Positions 20,304 to 30,533 of a DNA stretch of 64,000 nucleotides are shown here, piece after piece; positions within the stretch are counted from its first letter, which is position 1; the number at the start of each line of letters is the position of its first letter. Source of the stretch: an uncultured Rhodospirillaceae bacterium. GTDB taxonomy: Bacteria > Pseudomonadota > Alphaproteobacteria > Rhodospirillales > UBA2165. The position numbers were made by a program, and so were the translations under genes. The notes below the pieces were generated by a model. The model worked only from the letters and a program-made list of their open reading frames with translations. It was not told the DNA's origin and did not search any database. Location: the NCBI GenBank assembly GCA_913020445.1, contig CAJWAR010000014.1:6585-70584 (forward strand), given 5' to 3'.

Positions 20304-21674
20304 TCAAGATATTGTCATAAACATACCAATCGACTGGCCCCACAAAAAATGTAGCGGCAGCATGATCAGAATTCCCAAAATCATGTAACAAATCAATGCC
20401 TTAGTGACATCTGATATTTTAAGGTTGCCAAGTGCTACGGCGACGACGACGGGCGGCGTTTGATAGAAGAAAGGAAAAATTCCCCAAGCCGTCATTGACG
20501 CCATAATGATGTTTAGTTCCGACCACCCGGTGGCCTGGGCAAGCGCCTCGGCCATCGCTACCATAATAGGAGGCTGCGCCGGCATGGTCGTAAATAATGC
20601 AACAACGATACCGGTCAATGAAATTGAGGCATAGTTCTGGAAATCTGCCCCCTTTTGAAATTCAAAAAACTGCATTAAATTCTCGGCAATGAGCGTGCCC
20701 AGACCAGCATGATTGGCAACCGCGCCGAGACCAATCACACCGGCTAAAAACAGCAGCGGACCGTAGTTGATCTCACCGCCTAAGACACTTGGTGGCAACA
20801 TGCCGAGCCTGGGCAGCAGACATAAAATTGCCGCACCCAAGGCCACCCAGGCGGGCGAGATACCGTGCAGACTATCGGTGATCCACAACGACAGAGCGAC
20901 CATTAAAAAAAATAGCAGGCGTTTTTCTTCGCCGCTCCAAGCCGCGATTTTCTCATGGTGATCCGGATGGCGGGGCGTGTCTCTAAACAGCAGCGCAATC
21001 AATGCCGGGTAAACCACCAGCGCAAAAACACCCATCACCGGAAAATTAAGCAAAAAGTAATCAGCATAGGTCAGCTGAATATTGAGCACGCTATCCGCCG
21101 CACCGTAGAGCGCCATATTCGGCACATTGGCGGGCAAAATATTAAACGCCGGCACCATCGTGCCTAAAGATGCCGCCATGATCAGACCGGTTCGGCCTTT
21201 GCTTTCCTCACCAAACCCAAGCTCTTTGGCCAAGGCCGCCATAATCGGCACCAGCAATGCCACCCGTCCCGACGCCGATGGCACGATAAGAGCCAATGAC
21301 GCCGCAACCCAAAAAACGCCATAGACCATGCCAATATATATCTTCGGAAAATGCGTCAGCAATGAGCGCACCAAACGTGTATCGAGACCCGTTCGCTTGA
21401 CCCCTAAGCCAAAAACAAGGCCGCCGAATACCAGCCACATGGCGCCGGCGTGAAAGCCGGAAAAAACCACTTTGGGCGGCGCGACCGCCAGCACTACGGC
21501 CACAAATAGGAATATTAAGGAACCAAAGTAGGAGGGTACAATCGCCGTCGCCCATAACCCAATCGCCAGCACAATGACGGCGCCGGCTTTCATGACAAGT
21601 GGCTCAATGCCCGGCGGGGGCGGCATCAGGAGCAAGGCCAGGCTTAATAGTACCGACAGTCCAAAAATGACCAT
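20304..21674 (-). CDS. Anion permease of the ArsB/NhaD or SLC13 (DASS)-like superfamily
   Basis: 456 aa, highly hydrophobic, more than 10 TM segments, with the internal-repeat architecture typical of citrate or divalent-anion transporter-like proteins. Confidence 0.7.
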   Translation of the reverse strand: MVIFGLSVLLSLALLLMPPPPGIEPLVMKAGAVIVLAIGLWATAIVPSYFGSLIFLFVAVVLAVAPPKVVFSGFHAGAMWLVFGGLVFGLGVKRTGLDTRLVRSLLTHFPKIYIGMVYGVFWVAASLALIVPSASGRVALLVPIMAALAKELGFGEESKGRTGLIMAASLGTMVPAFNILPANVPNMALYGAADSVLNIQLTYADYFLLNFPVMGVFALVVYPALIALLFRDTPRHPDHHEKIAAWSGEEKRLLFFLMVALSLWITDSLHGISPAWVALGAAILCLLPRLGMLPPSVLGGEINYGPLLFLAGVIGLGAVANHAGLGTLIAENLMQFFEFQKGADFQNYASISLTGIVVALFTTMPAQPPIMVAMAEALAQATGWSELNIIMASMTAWGIFPFFYQTPPVVVAVALGNLKISDVTKALICYMILGILIMLPLHFLWGQSIGMFMTIS

Positions 21675-21754
21675 GGACGGGCTTTTAAGAAATTTAATGG
21701 TAATCCCCCTTTATATCTTTAGACCAGCGGTGTCGCGCAGTATGCTGAACCAAT

Positions 21755-23380
21755 ATGGCAGAAAAACCAAAAATACCATCCACGGCAAGCGATTTGTCCC
21801 AGCTATCACCGTGGGCGCCCTTTCGCCACAAGATTTTTACCTTGTTGTGGATCGCGATCGTGGTCTCAAATGTCGGCACCTGGATGCATGATCTATCGGC
21901 TGGCTGGCTGATGGCGACATTAACGCCCTCACCGGTGTTGGTGGCATCGGTTCAAGCCGCGACGACATTGCCGGTGTTCTTGTTTGCTTTGCCGGCAGGT
22001 GCCCTTGCCGACATTGTTGATCGGCGGCGGCTTCTGCTCATCGTCAAAATTTCTCTGACCGTGATCGCTATCGCCATGGGCGCCAGCGTTTACTTTGGCG
22101 TGATGAACCCATGGTTGCTGTTGATATTCACGCTGTTCATGGGAACCGGCGCTGCCTTCATTGCGCCCGCCTGGCAGGCCATTGTGCCACAATTGGTGCC
22201 GCGGCAGGAACTCCAGCAAGCGATTGCGCTCAACTCTGTCGGCATTAATGTCAGCCGGGCGATCGGCCCTGCAGTGGGTGGCTTGGTCATTGCGGCAGTT
22301 GGTCTTTGGGCGCCGTTTATGCTCAACGCCGTCAGCTTTATTTTTGTCATCGGTGTTTTGCTGTGGTGGCGGGCGGGCTCCGGCGACACCCGGGCATTAC
22401 CGGCGGAACGATTTACCGGCGCCCTTCGAGCCGGCTTGCGCTACACCCGTGAAAGCGGGCCGGTGCGTAACACACTTTATCGCGCCATCGGTTTTTTCCT
22501 GTTTGCCACCGCCTATTGGGCGCTCCTGCCTTTGATCGCGCGGGATCTGCTGCAGGGCGGACCAACATATTACGGGCTTTTATTAGGCGGCATCGGCATC
22601 GGCGCGGTGCTGGCAGCGCTTGGCTTGCCGTGGCTCAAAAAGCATCTCGGGCCGAATAAAGTCGTCGCCTTGGGCTCCGCCGGAACCGCCGCGGTGCTGG
22701 TTATATTCGCTGTTTCGTCCAATCAACTTGCCGGCATCATGGCCAGCATGCTGGCCGGGGCCTGCTGGCTATCCGTGCTCTCAAGCCTCAACGTATCGAC
22801 GCAGCTTGCTTTGCCTGAATGGGTGCGCGCCCGTGGCCTCTCGATGTTGCTGACGGTGTATTTTGGCGCCATGGCCGGCGGCAGTATTATGTGGGGCAAT
22901 ATCGCCAGCGAAGTCGGTGTCCCAACGACACTGCTGATTGCCGCCGCAGGCGCAGCATTGGCGATCCCGATAACCTGGCAGTGGAAAATTATTGCTGATC
23001 CGAGCGTCAATCTGACGCCGTCTTTTCATTGGCCGGTTCCGGTAATGGCGGAAGACATCGCCGAAGACCGTGGTCCGGTGATGGTAACTGTCGAATACCA
23101 AATCGATCCACTTAACCGGGAAGCTTTTCAGGCAGCGATGGAGGAATATGGCCATACCCGGCGGCGGGACGGCGCTTTTTCCTGGGGGATTTTTGAAGAC
23201 GTCTCGGAACCCGGGCGCTATCTCGAATATTTCCTGGTCGAGTCGTGGCTCGAACATGAACGCCAGCACCACCGGGTCACCGAAGCCGATCTCGACGCGG
23301 AGCAAAAAGTGATGCAGTATCATTTAGGCGACGAACGTCCGATCGCCCGCCACCTCATCGCTCCAGTACCGTCGCAATAA
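21755..23380 (+). CDS. MFS transporter (EntS/MFS_3-like) fused to a roughly 110-aa soluble C-terminal domain
   Basis: 541 aa. About 12 TM segments, then VMVTVEYQIDPLNREAFQAAMEEYGHTRRRDGAFSWGIFEDVSEPGRYLEYFLVESWLEHERQH, which looks like a ferredoxin-like/ABM fold. Confidence 0.8.
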   Translation: MAEKPKIPSTASDLSQLSPWAPFRHKIFTLLWIAIVVSNVGTWMHDLSAGWLMATLTPSPVLVASVQAATTLPVFLFALPAGALADIVDRRRLLLIVKISLTVIAIAMGASVYFGVMNPWLLLIFTLFMGTGAAFIAPAWQAIVPQLVPRQELQQAIALNSVGINVSRAIGPAVGGLVIAAVGLWAPFMLNAVSFIFVIGVLLWWRAGSGDTRALPAERFTGALRAGLRYTRESGPVRNTLYRAIGFFLFATAYWALLPLIARDLLQGGPTYYGLLLGGIGIGAVLAALGLPWLKKHLGPNKVVALGSAGTAAVLVIFAVSSNQLAGIMASMLAGACWLSVLSSLNVSTQLALPEWVRARGLSMLLTVYFGAMAGGSIMWGNIASEVGVPTTLLIAAAGAALAIPITWQWKIIADPSVNLTPSFHWPVPVMAEDIAEDRGPVMVTVEYQIDPLNREAFQAAMEEYGHTRRRDGAFSWGIFEDVSEPGRYLEYFLVESWLEHERQHHRVTEADLDAEQKVMQYHLGDERPIARHLIAPVPSQ

Positions 23381-23382
23381 AC

Positions 23383-23412
23383 GAGCTATTTATCGACTGT
23401 CGATTAATTATT
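23383..23412. repeat. 30-bp intergenic repeat, copy 1 (palindromic core ATCGAC-N-GTCGAT followed by TAATTATT)
   Basis: gagctatttatcgacTgtcgattaattatt, starting 3 nt after the MFS stop. Confidence 0.85.
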
Positions 23413-23486
23413 GATACCGGCAATAAAGAAAGCTGTTGAAAACAAACACTTTTTCTCAACGTGACAGGCACTTTTGTTAATCTTTG

Positions 23487-23516
23487 GAGCTATTTATCGA
23501 CAGTCGATTAATTATT
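23487..23516. repeat. 30-bp intergenic repeat, copy 2
   Basis: gagctatttatcgacAgtcgattaattatt. Identical to copy 1 except for the central base. Abuts the truA stop codon. Confidence 0.85.
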
Positions 23517-24253
23517 CAATAAATCACTTCAGTGAAATAGAGGCCTTCCGGCGGGGCGGTGGGGCCGCCTTTGGTGCGGTCAGCTGCTTCAAACGCGCTC
23601 TTAAAGTCTTCGAATGACCAACGGCCTTCACCAACAAGTTTCAAAGAACCGGCGAAATTTCTAACCTGATGGTAGAGGAACGAGCGCGCCCGTACGTGAA
23701 TGCGGATTTCCTCGCCTTCTTGTTCAACTTGGATATCGTCCAATGTTTTGAACGGACTATCCGACTGACAATTGGCGGCCCGGAAAGTTGAAAAATCATG
23801 CTTGCCCGGCAGCACCTCGGCGGCTTTTTGCATCGCCTCGGCATCAAGCTTAACCGGCACCCACCAGGCCCGGCCCCGCTCAATCGTCAGCGGTGAACGG
23901 CGTGAGATAATTCGATAGACATAGGCCCGCTGCTGAGCTGAAAAACGGGCATGGAAATCATCGTCAACCGCCTCGGCCGACAACACCGAAATCGCCACAT
24001 CTTTAAGATGGTGGTTCAACGCGTCCCGAACTTTATCGCTGTTTGTCGCCTTTTCTAAGTCAATATGAGCGACTTGGCCCAAGGCATGAACACCGGTATC
24101 GGTGCGACCGGCAGCGAAAATCGTCACCTGTTCACCACAAAAATTTGCCACCGCCTCTTCCATGCATTGCTGCACGCCTAAGCCGTTTTTTTGCCGCTGC
24201 CAGCCGACAAAACCGCCGCCGTCATATTCGATAACAAGCTTGTAGCGCTGCAC
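23516..24253 (-). CDS. truA: tRNA pseudouridine(38-40) synthase
   Basis: 245 aa. MQRYKLVIEYDGGGFVGWQRQ...AAGRTDTGVHALGQVAH (catalytic Asp). Confidence 0.95.
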   Translation of the reverse strand: MQRYKLVIEYDGGGFVGWQRQKNGLGVQQCMEEAVANFCGEQVTIFAAGRTDTGVHALGQVAHIDLEKATNSDKVRDALNHHLKDVAISVLSAEAVDDDFHARFSAQQRAYVYRIISRRSPLTIERGRAWWVPVKLDAEAMQKAAEVLPGKHDFSTFRAANCQSDSPFKTLDDIQVEQEGEEIRIHVRARSFLYHQVRNFAGSLKLVGEGRWSFEDFKSAFEAADRTKGGPTAPPEGLYFTEVIY

Positions 24254-25179
24254 TAGTCCAGCCTCCTGCCAATCGGCAATTCAAACCCGCGTAAAAAGTC
24301 AGCCGCCGCCGTCGGTCCTTTGCCCGCACGTTGGACATTGCTCAGACGCAAGGCACCGTCACCGCAGGCAATGGTCAATTGATCATCCAGTACCGAGCCC
24401 GGCACACCAGTACCCCCACTCAGCTCTGCCGACAATATCTTGATGCGCTCCCCATCTATCTCAAACCAAGAACCCGGCCACGGCGTAAAAGCGCGCACCA
24501 ACCGCTCAAGCTCCGACGCTGATTTCCGCCAATCAATGTGGCCCTCCTGACGTTCAAGCTTGCTGGCATAGGTCACACCCTCCGCCGGTTGCGGCATTGG
24601 CGTCAGCGATCCCTGGGCGAGGCCGTCGAGTGCTTCAACAATCAATGCCGCCCCGATCTCGGATAATGCGTCATGCAGGCTTGCCCCGGTGGTCTCGGAA
24701 GTGATCGGCACTTGTTTAGTGATCAGCATATCACCGGTGTCCAACCCTTCATCCATCTGCATAATGGTGACACCGCTAATCTCATCACCGGCTAAGATCG
24801 CCCGCTGAATGGGTGCTGCACCACGCCACCTCGGCAATAACGAGGCATGGATATTAACGCACCCCAATCTGGGTGCCATCAAAATCGCTTGGGGCAGGAT
24901 CAAGCCATAGGCAACCACGACAGCGCAATCGAGCTCGAGTGCCGCAAAGGCGGCTTGTTCATTTTCGCTTTTGAGACTTTTGGGCGTGCGAACCTTGAGC
25001 CCAAGCTCTGCCGCCTTAGCCTGAACCGGGCTGGGATTTAATTTTTGCCCGCGTCCGGCGGCGCGTGGCGGCTGGGAATAGACGCAGGCAATTTCGTGGC
25101 CGGCGTCAATGAGCGCCTGAAGCATCGGCACGGAGAAATCGGGTGTGCCCATAAAGGCGAGACGCAATTTCTCAACCAT
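24253..25179 (-). CDS. fmt: Methionyl-tRNA formyltransferase
   Basis: 308 aa. [30 protein letters not shown]. Confidence 0.95.
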   Translation of the reverse strand: MVEKLRLAFMGTPDFSVPMLQALIDAGHEIACVYSQPPRAAGRGQKLNPSPVQAKAAELGLKVRTPKSLKSENEQAAFAALELDCAVVVAYGLILPQAILMAPRLGCVNIHASLLPRWRGAAPIQRAILAGDEISGVTIMQMDEGLDTGDMLITKQVPITSETTGASLHDALSEIGAALIVEALDGLAQGSLTPMPQPAEGVTYASKLERQEGHIDWRKSASELERLVRAFTPWPGSWFEIDGERIKILSAELSGGTGVPGSVLDDQLTIACGDGALRLSNVQRAGKGPTAAADFLRGFELPIGRRLD

Positions 25180-25199
25180 TTTGAACAGCCGCCCGATAA

Positions 25200-25736
25200 T
25201 TATCCATGAGCGCCAACTTTCACCGGTGGCAATTGGGCTTTATATTTTTTGAGCTTTCGAAGGATGAGATCGCGGCGCAATTTGGAAAGGTGATCGACAA
25301 ACAGCACGCCATCGAGGTGATCCATTTCATGCTGAATACAAGTCGCGAGGATGTCGCTGGCTTCAACCTCTTGGGAGTTGCCGTCCCTGTCCAAATACCG
25401 CACACGCACTTTTTCGGGCCGGGTCACTTGGGCATATTGTTCCGGCAAGGAAAGACAGCCCTCTTCATAATCCAACAGCTCTTCCGAGCGCCACTTAATC
25501 TCCGGATTAACCATCTGATAGGGATGATGCTCGTCCTCATTCTTCGTCACATCAACAACAATGATGCGTTTGGTGACGCCGACTTGCGGCGCCGCCAAGC
25601 CGATACCGGGCGCGTCATACATGGTATCCAGCATGTCATCCATCAGCTGCCTGAGTTCATCCGTCACTTCCGTAACCGGCTCACAGGTCAGTTTGAGGCG
25701 CGGATCGGGTGCCACAATGATTGGTAAAAGTGCCAT
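25200..25736 (-). CDS. def: Peptide deformylase
   Basis: 178 aa. [21 protein letters not shown]. Confidence 0.95.
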   Translation of the reverse strand: MALLPIIVAPDPRLKLTCEPVTEVTDELRQLMDDMLDTMYDAPGIGLAAPQVGVTKRIIVVDVTKNEDEHHPYQMVNPEIKWRSEELLDYEEGCLSLPEQYAQVTRPEKVRVRYLDRDGNSQEVEASDILATCIQHEMDHLDGVLFVDHLSKLRRDLILRKLKKYKAQLPPVKVGAHG

Positions 25737-25910
25737 GTTCAGTACATCTATCCTCGTTTTCTCGCTTGGAGATAAGACAAGCGGGCAGCTAGGTCAAGAT
25801 ATGCTCAAGATGAGCGCAAATTATCTGCCAACGGCCCATTTAAGGCGATTGCTATTTGGGCGGCACTCGGGCTAGATTCGATACGGATAAGGGGGTTCCG
25901 TCTGGAAATT

Positions 25911-27002
25911 ATGGACATCAATGTAATTTTGATAATTTTAGCGGTTTTGGTTCTCGGGGTGATGATTTTGCTCCTGTTAAAGGGCGACCGCAGCCGTACC
26001 AAAATGAATCAGCAGCTTGCCCAATTTGGTCAAATGTCGGAACGCCTTGGCCAAGCCCAGGCTGAAATCAGTGGCCGCCTGGAGCAGAGCCAGGCCGCTG
26101 TTAATGACCGGTTGGAGGCGCTTTCCAAGCGCTTGGGCGATGGCCTCACTCAACAGACAGAGAAAACCGGCGCGACTTTGAAACAATTGCATGAGCGATT
26201 GGCGGTCATTGACACCGCCCAGCAAAACATCACCGGTCTGTCGGAACAAATGGTGGGGTTGCAGGATATTCTCTCTAATAAACAAGCGCGTGGTGCGTTT
26301 GGTGAAATTCAGCTCAATGATTTGGTGACCTCGATCCTGCCGCCCTCGGCCTACGAGTTTCAGGTAACGTTAAGCAATTCCAAACGCGCCGACTGCGTTA
26401 TCGATCTGCCGAACCCGCCCGGGCCGATTGTCATTGATTCTAAATTTCCCCTTGAGGCCTATCACGACCTCCGTAATGCCACCGAAGAAGTCGATCAGAA
26501 ACTCGCCTTGCGCGGCCTTGGTGCGGCAATTCTCAAACACGTTCAAGACATCAAAGAAAGATATATCATCGCCGGTGAAACGGCGGAATCAGCTTTGATG
26601 TTTCTGCCGTCTGAAGCGATTTATGCTGAACTTCATGCCAGCCTGCCGGAAATTGTCGAAAAATCGTACCGCTCTAAAGTTTGGATTGTCTCGCCAACGA
26701 CATTGATGGCAACCCTCAATACGGTGCGTGCCGTTCTCAAAGATGTCCATATGCGCGAGCAAGCTGGGGTCATTCAAGCCGAAGTTCAAACCATGCTCGA
26801 AGATGTCAAACGCCTGGATGATCGCGTCGCAAAACTGCAAACTCACATGCGCCAAGCCGATGATGATTTAAGCCAGATCAGCACCTCAACCGGTAAAGTT
26901 ACTAAACGCGGCGAACGCATCACTGAAATTGAAATGGGCGAGGAAATCGGCTCGGACGATATCGCGTCATCCGCGTCACCCCAGTCGATAGTTGAAAATT
27001 AA
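25911..27002 (+). CDS. rmuC: DNA recombination protein RmuC
   Basis: 363 aa. N-terminal TM helix, coiled-coil region, conserved C-terminal nuclease-like core (IDSKFPLEAY...MFLPSEAIY...SPTTLMA). Confidence 0.88.
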   Translation: MDINVILIILAVLVLGVMILLLLKGDRSRTKMNQQLAQFGQMSERLGQAQAEISGRLEQSQAAVNDRLEALSKRLGDGLTQQTEKTGATLKQLHERLAVIDTAQQNITGLSEQMVGLQDILSNKQARGAFGEIQLNDLVTSILPPSAYEFQVTLSNSKRADCVIDLPNPPGPIVIDSKFPLEAYHDLRNATEEVDQKLALRGLGAAILKHVQDIKERYIIAGETAESALMFLPSEAIYAELHASLPEIVEKSYRSKVWIVSPTTLMATLNTVRAVLKDVHMREQAGVIQAEVQTMLEDVKRLDDRVAKLQTHMRQADDDLSQISTSTGKVTKRGERITEIEMGEEIGSDDIASSASPQSIVEN

Positions 27003-27091
27003 CCATTACCCGAATAAAATTCGATCTTGCGCAAGCTGAAACACCATTTACATTGCTTATTAACTAGGAAAATACTGTTTGAGCACGTCAC

Positions 27092-28201
27092 ATGGATGCC
27101 AATGAACTTTTAAAAATCGCCCGCGATAAGTCTGTTGAAGGCCGGGAAACCTTGGGTAAGGTGGTTTCTGATCTATTTGCGGATGGTCATACCGTGCTGT
27201 CGGATCGCGAACGCGCGATAACGCTCGATATTCTGCACCAGCTGGTCCATGATTTCGAAAGTTCGGTGCGCCAAACCATCGCGGAAAACATCGCCGACTG
27301 GCCTGAATTACCGGTCGGCCTAGCGATCTTTTTGGCCAATAGCGAAATCGAGGTCGCCTACCCAATATTGAGTAAATCCGGCGTTCTCGAAGATGAGGCG
27401 CTGATCGAAATTATCCACCAACGGACCATGGAGCACCAACTGGCAATCGCCATCCGTCAATCTGTCAGCACCGATGTTTCAGATGCCTTAGTCGAAAGCG
27501 GCCATGAGGAAGTTATTTCACAGCTGTTAGAGAATAAATCCGCCTCGATTTCGGAAAAAACCATGGAATATCTGGTCGATCAAGCCGAACGCGTCGATTC
27601 ATTCCGCGAGCCAATAATTCGCCGTGATGATTTAGCTCCAAAACTGGCGCAGCGCATGTATCTTTGGGTATCGGCGGCGCTCAGGAAAGCGATCACCGAC
27701 AAATATGATCTTGATGAGAACCTGATCGATGATTTGCTGGAACAATCAGCAGTCCAGACTTTTGCCAAATTGACCGCCGCCGGCAGTCGGCAGCGAAAAT
27801 CCGACCGGCTGGCTGATGAACTCGTTGACGAAGGCGTTATCGATGTTGAGCTGTTGGTGCAGTCATTACGCTCCGGCGAGATTAGCTTATTCATTTCGCT
27901 GTTTACCCGGATGAGCGGGTTGCGTGAACAATTGGTCAAACGGATATTGTTCGAGCCAGGTGGCGAAGGTCTCGCAATTGCCTGTAAGGCAATCGGTATA
28001 TCAAAATCAGAATTTTCGGATATATTCGCCTTTAGCCGCGGCGCCATACCGGAATCGGTAAAAGATTTTTCGGCTGAAATAAGGGATATCCTAAAGTTTT
28101 TTACCGCGGCCACCCAAGACTCCGCCGAGACCGTCATTCAACGCTGGAAACGGGATTCCGACTATCTGTCGGCCCTGCGCGACCTCGAATTATCGAGTTA
28201 G
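27092..28201 (+). CDS. DUF2336-like hypothetical protein
   Basis: 369 aa, all-helical repeat-like sequence. The N-terminus (LSDRERAITLDILHQLVHDFESSVRQ) recalls the alphaproteobacterial DUF2336 family. Family call is from memory only. Confidence 0.55.
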   Translation: MDANELLKIARDKSVEGRETLGKVVSDLFADGHTVLSDRERAITLDILHQLVHDFESSVRQTIAENIADWPELPVGLAIFLANSEIEVAYPILSKSGVLEDEALIEIIHQRTMEHQLAIAIRQSVSTDVSDALVESGHEEVISQLLENKSASISEKTMEYLVDQAERVDSFREPIIRRDDLAPKLAQRMYLWVSAALRKAITDKYDLDENLIDDLLEQSAVQTFAKLTAAGSRQRKSDRLADELVDEGVIDVELLVQSLRSGEISLFISLFTRMSGLREQLVKRILFEPGGEGLAIACKAIGISKSEFSDIFAFSRGAIPESVKDFSAEIRDILKFFTAATQDSAETVIQRWKRDSDYLSALRDLELSS

Positions 28202-28290
28202 AATTCTACTTAAGTCATTGATATGTAATATTAAAATTGACTTAATAAATTTCGATCAAAAGTTTGATTGAAATTCGATCCAACAATTTC

Positions 28291-29082
28291 CTAAAGCGTC
28301 GTATCCAATTCTTCCCGCACAAAATCCAAGTCTTTTTCAGATTTCACTTTGAACGGCGCGCTGTCGACGAGGCAGACATCCATGCGGACACCGGCGTCGA
28401 GCACACGCAGAGATTCGATGTTCTCTTCTAGCTCCCGCTCGGTTGGCGGTGAGTTGACAAAGCGGTCGAGCGCCGCCCGTTTATAGGCGTAGATCGGCAC
28501 ATGGCGGTAGAGCGGCCGATCACCGAGATAATTAGGATCACGGGAAAAATCAACGATGGTGCCGACCTTGCTGCTTTTCATTACATAGACGACGCGGTGC
28601 TCCATCCAATTGACGCTGGTTTTGACGATTGAGCTATCTTCAAGCTCACCCTTTTCCAACGGGCAAACCATGGTCGCCATACCCACTTCCCGGTCGACCA
28701 AGGCATACATCAGGGCGCGGATATATTTTGGCTCAAGCATCGGCATATCCTCATGGACATTTATGATCAGATCATGGGTATAAAACCGGTCGAACCGGTT
28801 GACCGTTGCGGCGATCCGCTCGGCGCCCGATTCAGTTTTGTAATTATGATTTTTGAGATGTTCTTCCGGGTCAGTTTTGACCGTGTAAGCACCTGCTTCC
28901 CCCAAAGCTTCGGCGACGCTGTCATCAACACAGTCGACAATGATACTGCCGATTCCCGCCTGCTTTACCCGCTTGTATGATTGCACGACCATCGACTGCC
29001 CGTTGATATCGGCAAGCTGTCGTTTGGGCTCGCCAAATTCATCCAGTTGCGACGGGATGACGATAAGGGGGTTGAGGATCAT
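28291..29082 (-). CDS. KdsB-like cytidylyltransferase (divergent CMP-Kdo synthetase homolog)
   Basis: Collinear with KdsB: SGAERIAA (SGTER), VGMATM, HVPIYAYKRAALDRF, IESLRVL. IPAR is replaced by IPSQ and QGDEP by HEDMP. ATG 29082 preferred because the track start 29118 overlaps argG by 23 nt. Confidence 0.65.
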   Translation of the reverse strand: MILNPLIVIPSQLDEFGEPKRQLADINGQSMVVQSYKRVKQAGIGSIIVDCVDDSVAEALGEAGAYTVKTDPEEHLKNHNYKTESGAERIAATVNRFDRFYTHDLIINVHEDMPMLEPKYIRALMYALVDREVGMATMVCPLEKGELEDSSIVKTSVNWMEHRVVYVMKSSKVGTIVDFSRDPNYLGDRPLYRHVPIYAYKRAALDRFVNSPPTERELEENIESLRVLDAGVRMDVCLVDSAPFKVKSEKDLDFVREELDTTL

Positions 29083-29095
29083 GCGGTCACAAAGA

Positions 29096-30319
29096 TTATT
29101 TCTGTAATTTTCCGGCAAGGCGCAACCGCAAGGCGTTTAATTTGATAAAGCCTTCGGCATCCCGCTGATCATAAACAGTATCTTCTTCGAACGTCACGAC
29201 ATCTTCATCATAGAGACTGTTGGGCGATTTCCGGCCGAGCACGATAACATTGCCTTTATAAAGCTTGAGGCGCACGGTGCCACTCACGTTGGTCTGTGAC
29301 TGATCAATCGCGCTTTGCAGCATTTCGCGTTCGGGCGAGAACCAAAAACCGTTATAAACCAGCTCGGCGTAGCGCGGCATCAACTCATCTTTGAGGTGCA
29401 GGGCTCCCTTGTCCAGGACCAGACTTTCAACAGCCCGCCTGGCCGATAACAAAATCGTGCCGCCTGGAGTTTCATAAACACCCCGTGATTTCATACCGAC
29501 GAAGCGGTTTTCGACAATATCGATCCGGCCGATGCCATTGGCGCCGGCAAGCTCGTTTAGTCTGGTCAGCAAAGCTGCGGGGCTCAGTTTCTCACCATCA
29601 ACCGCTACCGGGTCACCGGCTTCGAACTCGACTTCGATAATAGTCGGTGTATCAGGCGCGTTCTCAGGTGAGACAGAGCGCGTAAACATGTTTTCATCAG
29701 GTTCAGTCCAGGGATCTTCGAGCGCTTTGCCTTCGTAAGAAATATGCAAAAGATTGGCATCGGTCGAATAAGGCGGTTCACCCGCTTTATCTTTGGGTAC
29801 CTGTATCTGATGTTTTTGGGCATATTCGATCAGCTTGGTCCGGGAGTTTAAATCCCATTCCCGCCAGGGTGCGATCACTTTAATGTCCGGATTGAGGCCG
29901 TAATAGCCGAGCTCAAACCGTACCTGATCATTACCTTTGCCGGTCGCGCCATGGGACACCGCATCGGCGCCGACTTCCTTGGCAATTTCAATTTGCCGCT
30001 TGGCGATCAACGGCCGGGCAATCGAGGTGCCCAACAGATACGTGCCTTCATAGATGGCGTTGGACCGGAACATCGGAAAGACATAGTCGCGGACAAATTC
30101 TTCGCGCAGATCTTCGATATAGATTTCCTTGATGCCCATCGCTTCGGCTTTGGCCCGGGCAGGCTCAATTTCTTCACCCTGACCCAGATCAGCGGTAAAG
30201 GTCACAACCTCACAATTATATTCATCCTGCAGCCAACGCAATATAACCGACGTATCCAGCCCGCCTGAATAGGCCAATACAACTTTTTTGACGTCGCCAC
30301 TTTTCGCCCCGTTTGGCAT
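29096..30319 (-). CDS. argG: Argininosuccinate synthase
   Basis: 407 aa. [25 protein letters not shown]. Confidence 0.95.
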   Translation of the reverse strand: MPNGAKSGDVKKVVLAYSGGLDTSVILRWLQDEYNCEVVTFTADLGQGEEIEPARAKAEAMGIKEIYIEDLREEFVRDYVFPMFRSNAIYEGTYLLGTSIARPLIAKRQIEIAKEVGADAVSHGATGKGNDQVRFELGYYGLNPDIKVIAPWREWDLNSRTKLIEYAQKHQIQVPKDKAGEPPYSTDANLLHISYEGKALEDPWTEPDENMFTRSVSPENAPDTPTIIEVEFEAGDPVAVDGEKLSPAALLTRLNELAGANGIGRIDIVENRFVGMKSRGVYETPGGTILLSARRAVESLVLDKGALHLKDELMPRYAELVYNGFWFSPEREMLQSAIDQSQTNVSGTVRLKLYKGNVIVLGRKSPNSLYDEDVVTFEEDTVYDQRDAEGFIKLNALRLRLAGKLQK

Positions 30320-30533
30320 AAGGTTCTTCCTTTACGTGATAAATTTTAACCGGCGGCGCAGTATAGGCATATGGCCCATCACTTCAAGAACAAGCGAGAT
30401 ATTGAGTGCCTTTAATCAGCCCAACCATCCTTAAATAATCCTAGTGATTCTACTTATTTTCAAGAAGTTCCGTAAAATGTTAGTATAACGAGCAATTAAG
30501 AGCCACAAAAGAACGTTACGGAAAGACTTCAAA

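Noticed and set aside
30515-30524. Shared 10-mer GTTACGGAAA upstream of both 285-aa paralogs (30515-30524 and 37217-37226), plus the inverted TTCCGTAA/TTACGGAA pair at 30468/30516
   Set aside because: The positions relative to the start codons differ greatly (10 nt versus 133 nt). In paralog A the motif overlaps the likely RBS. A single 10-mer match between two spacers of about 100-200 bp is only marginally unexpected, which is not enough to call a common operator.
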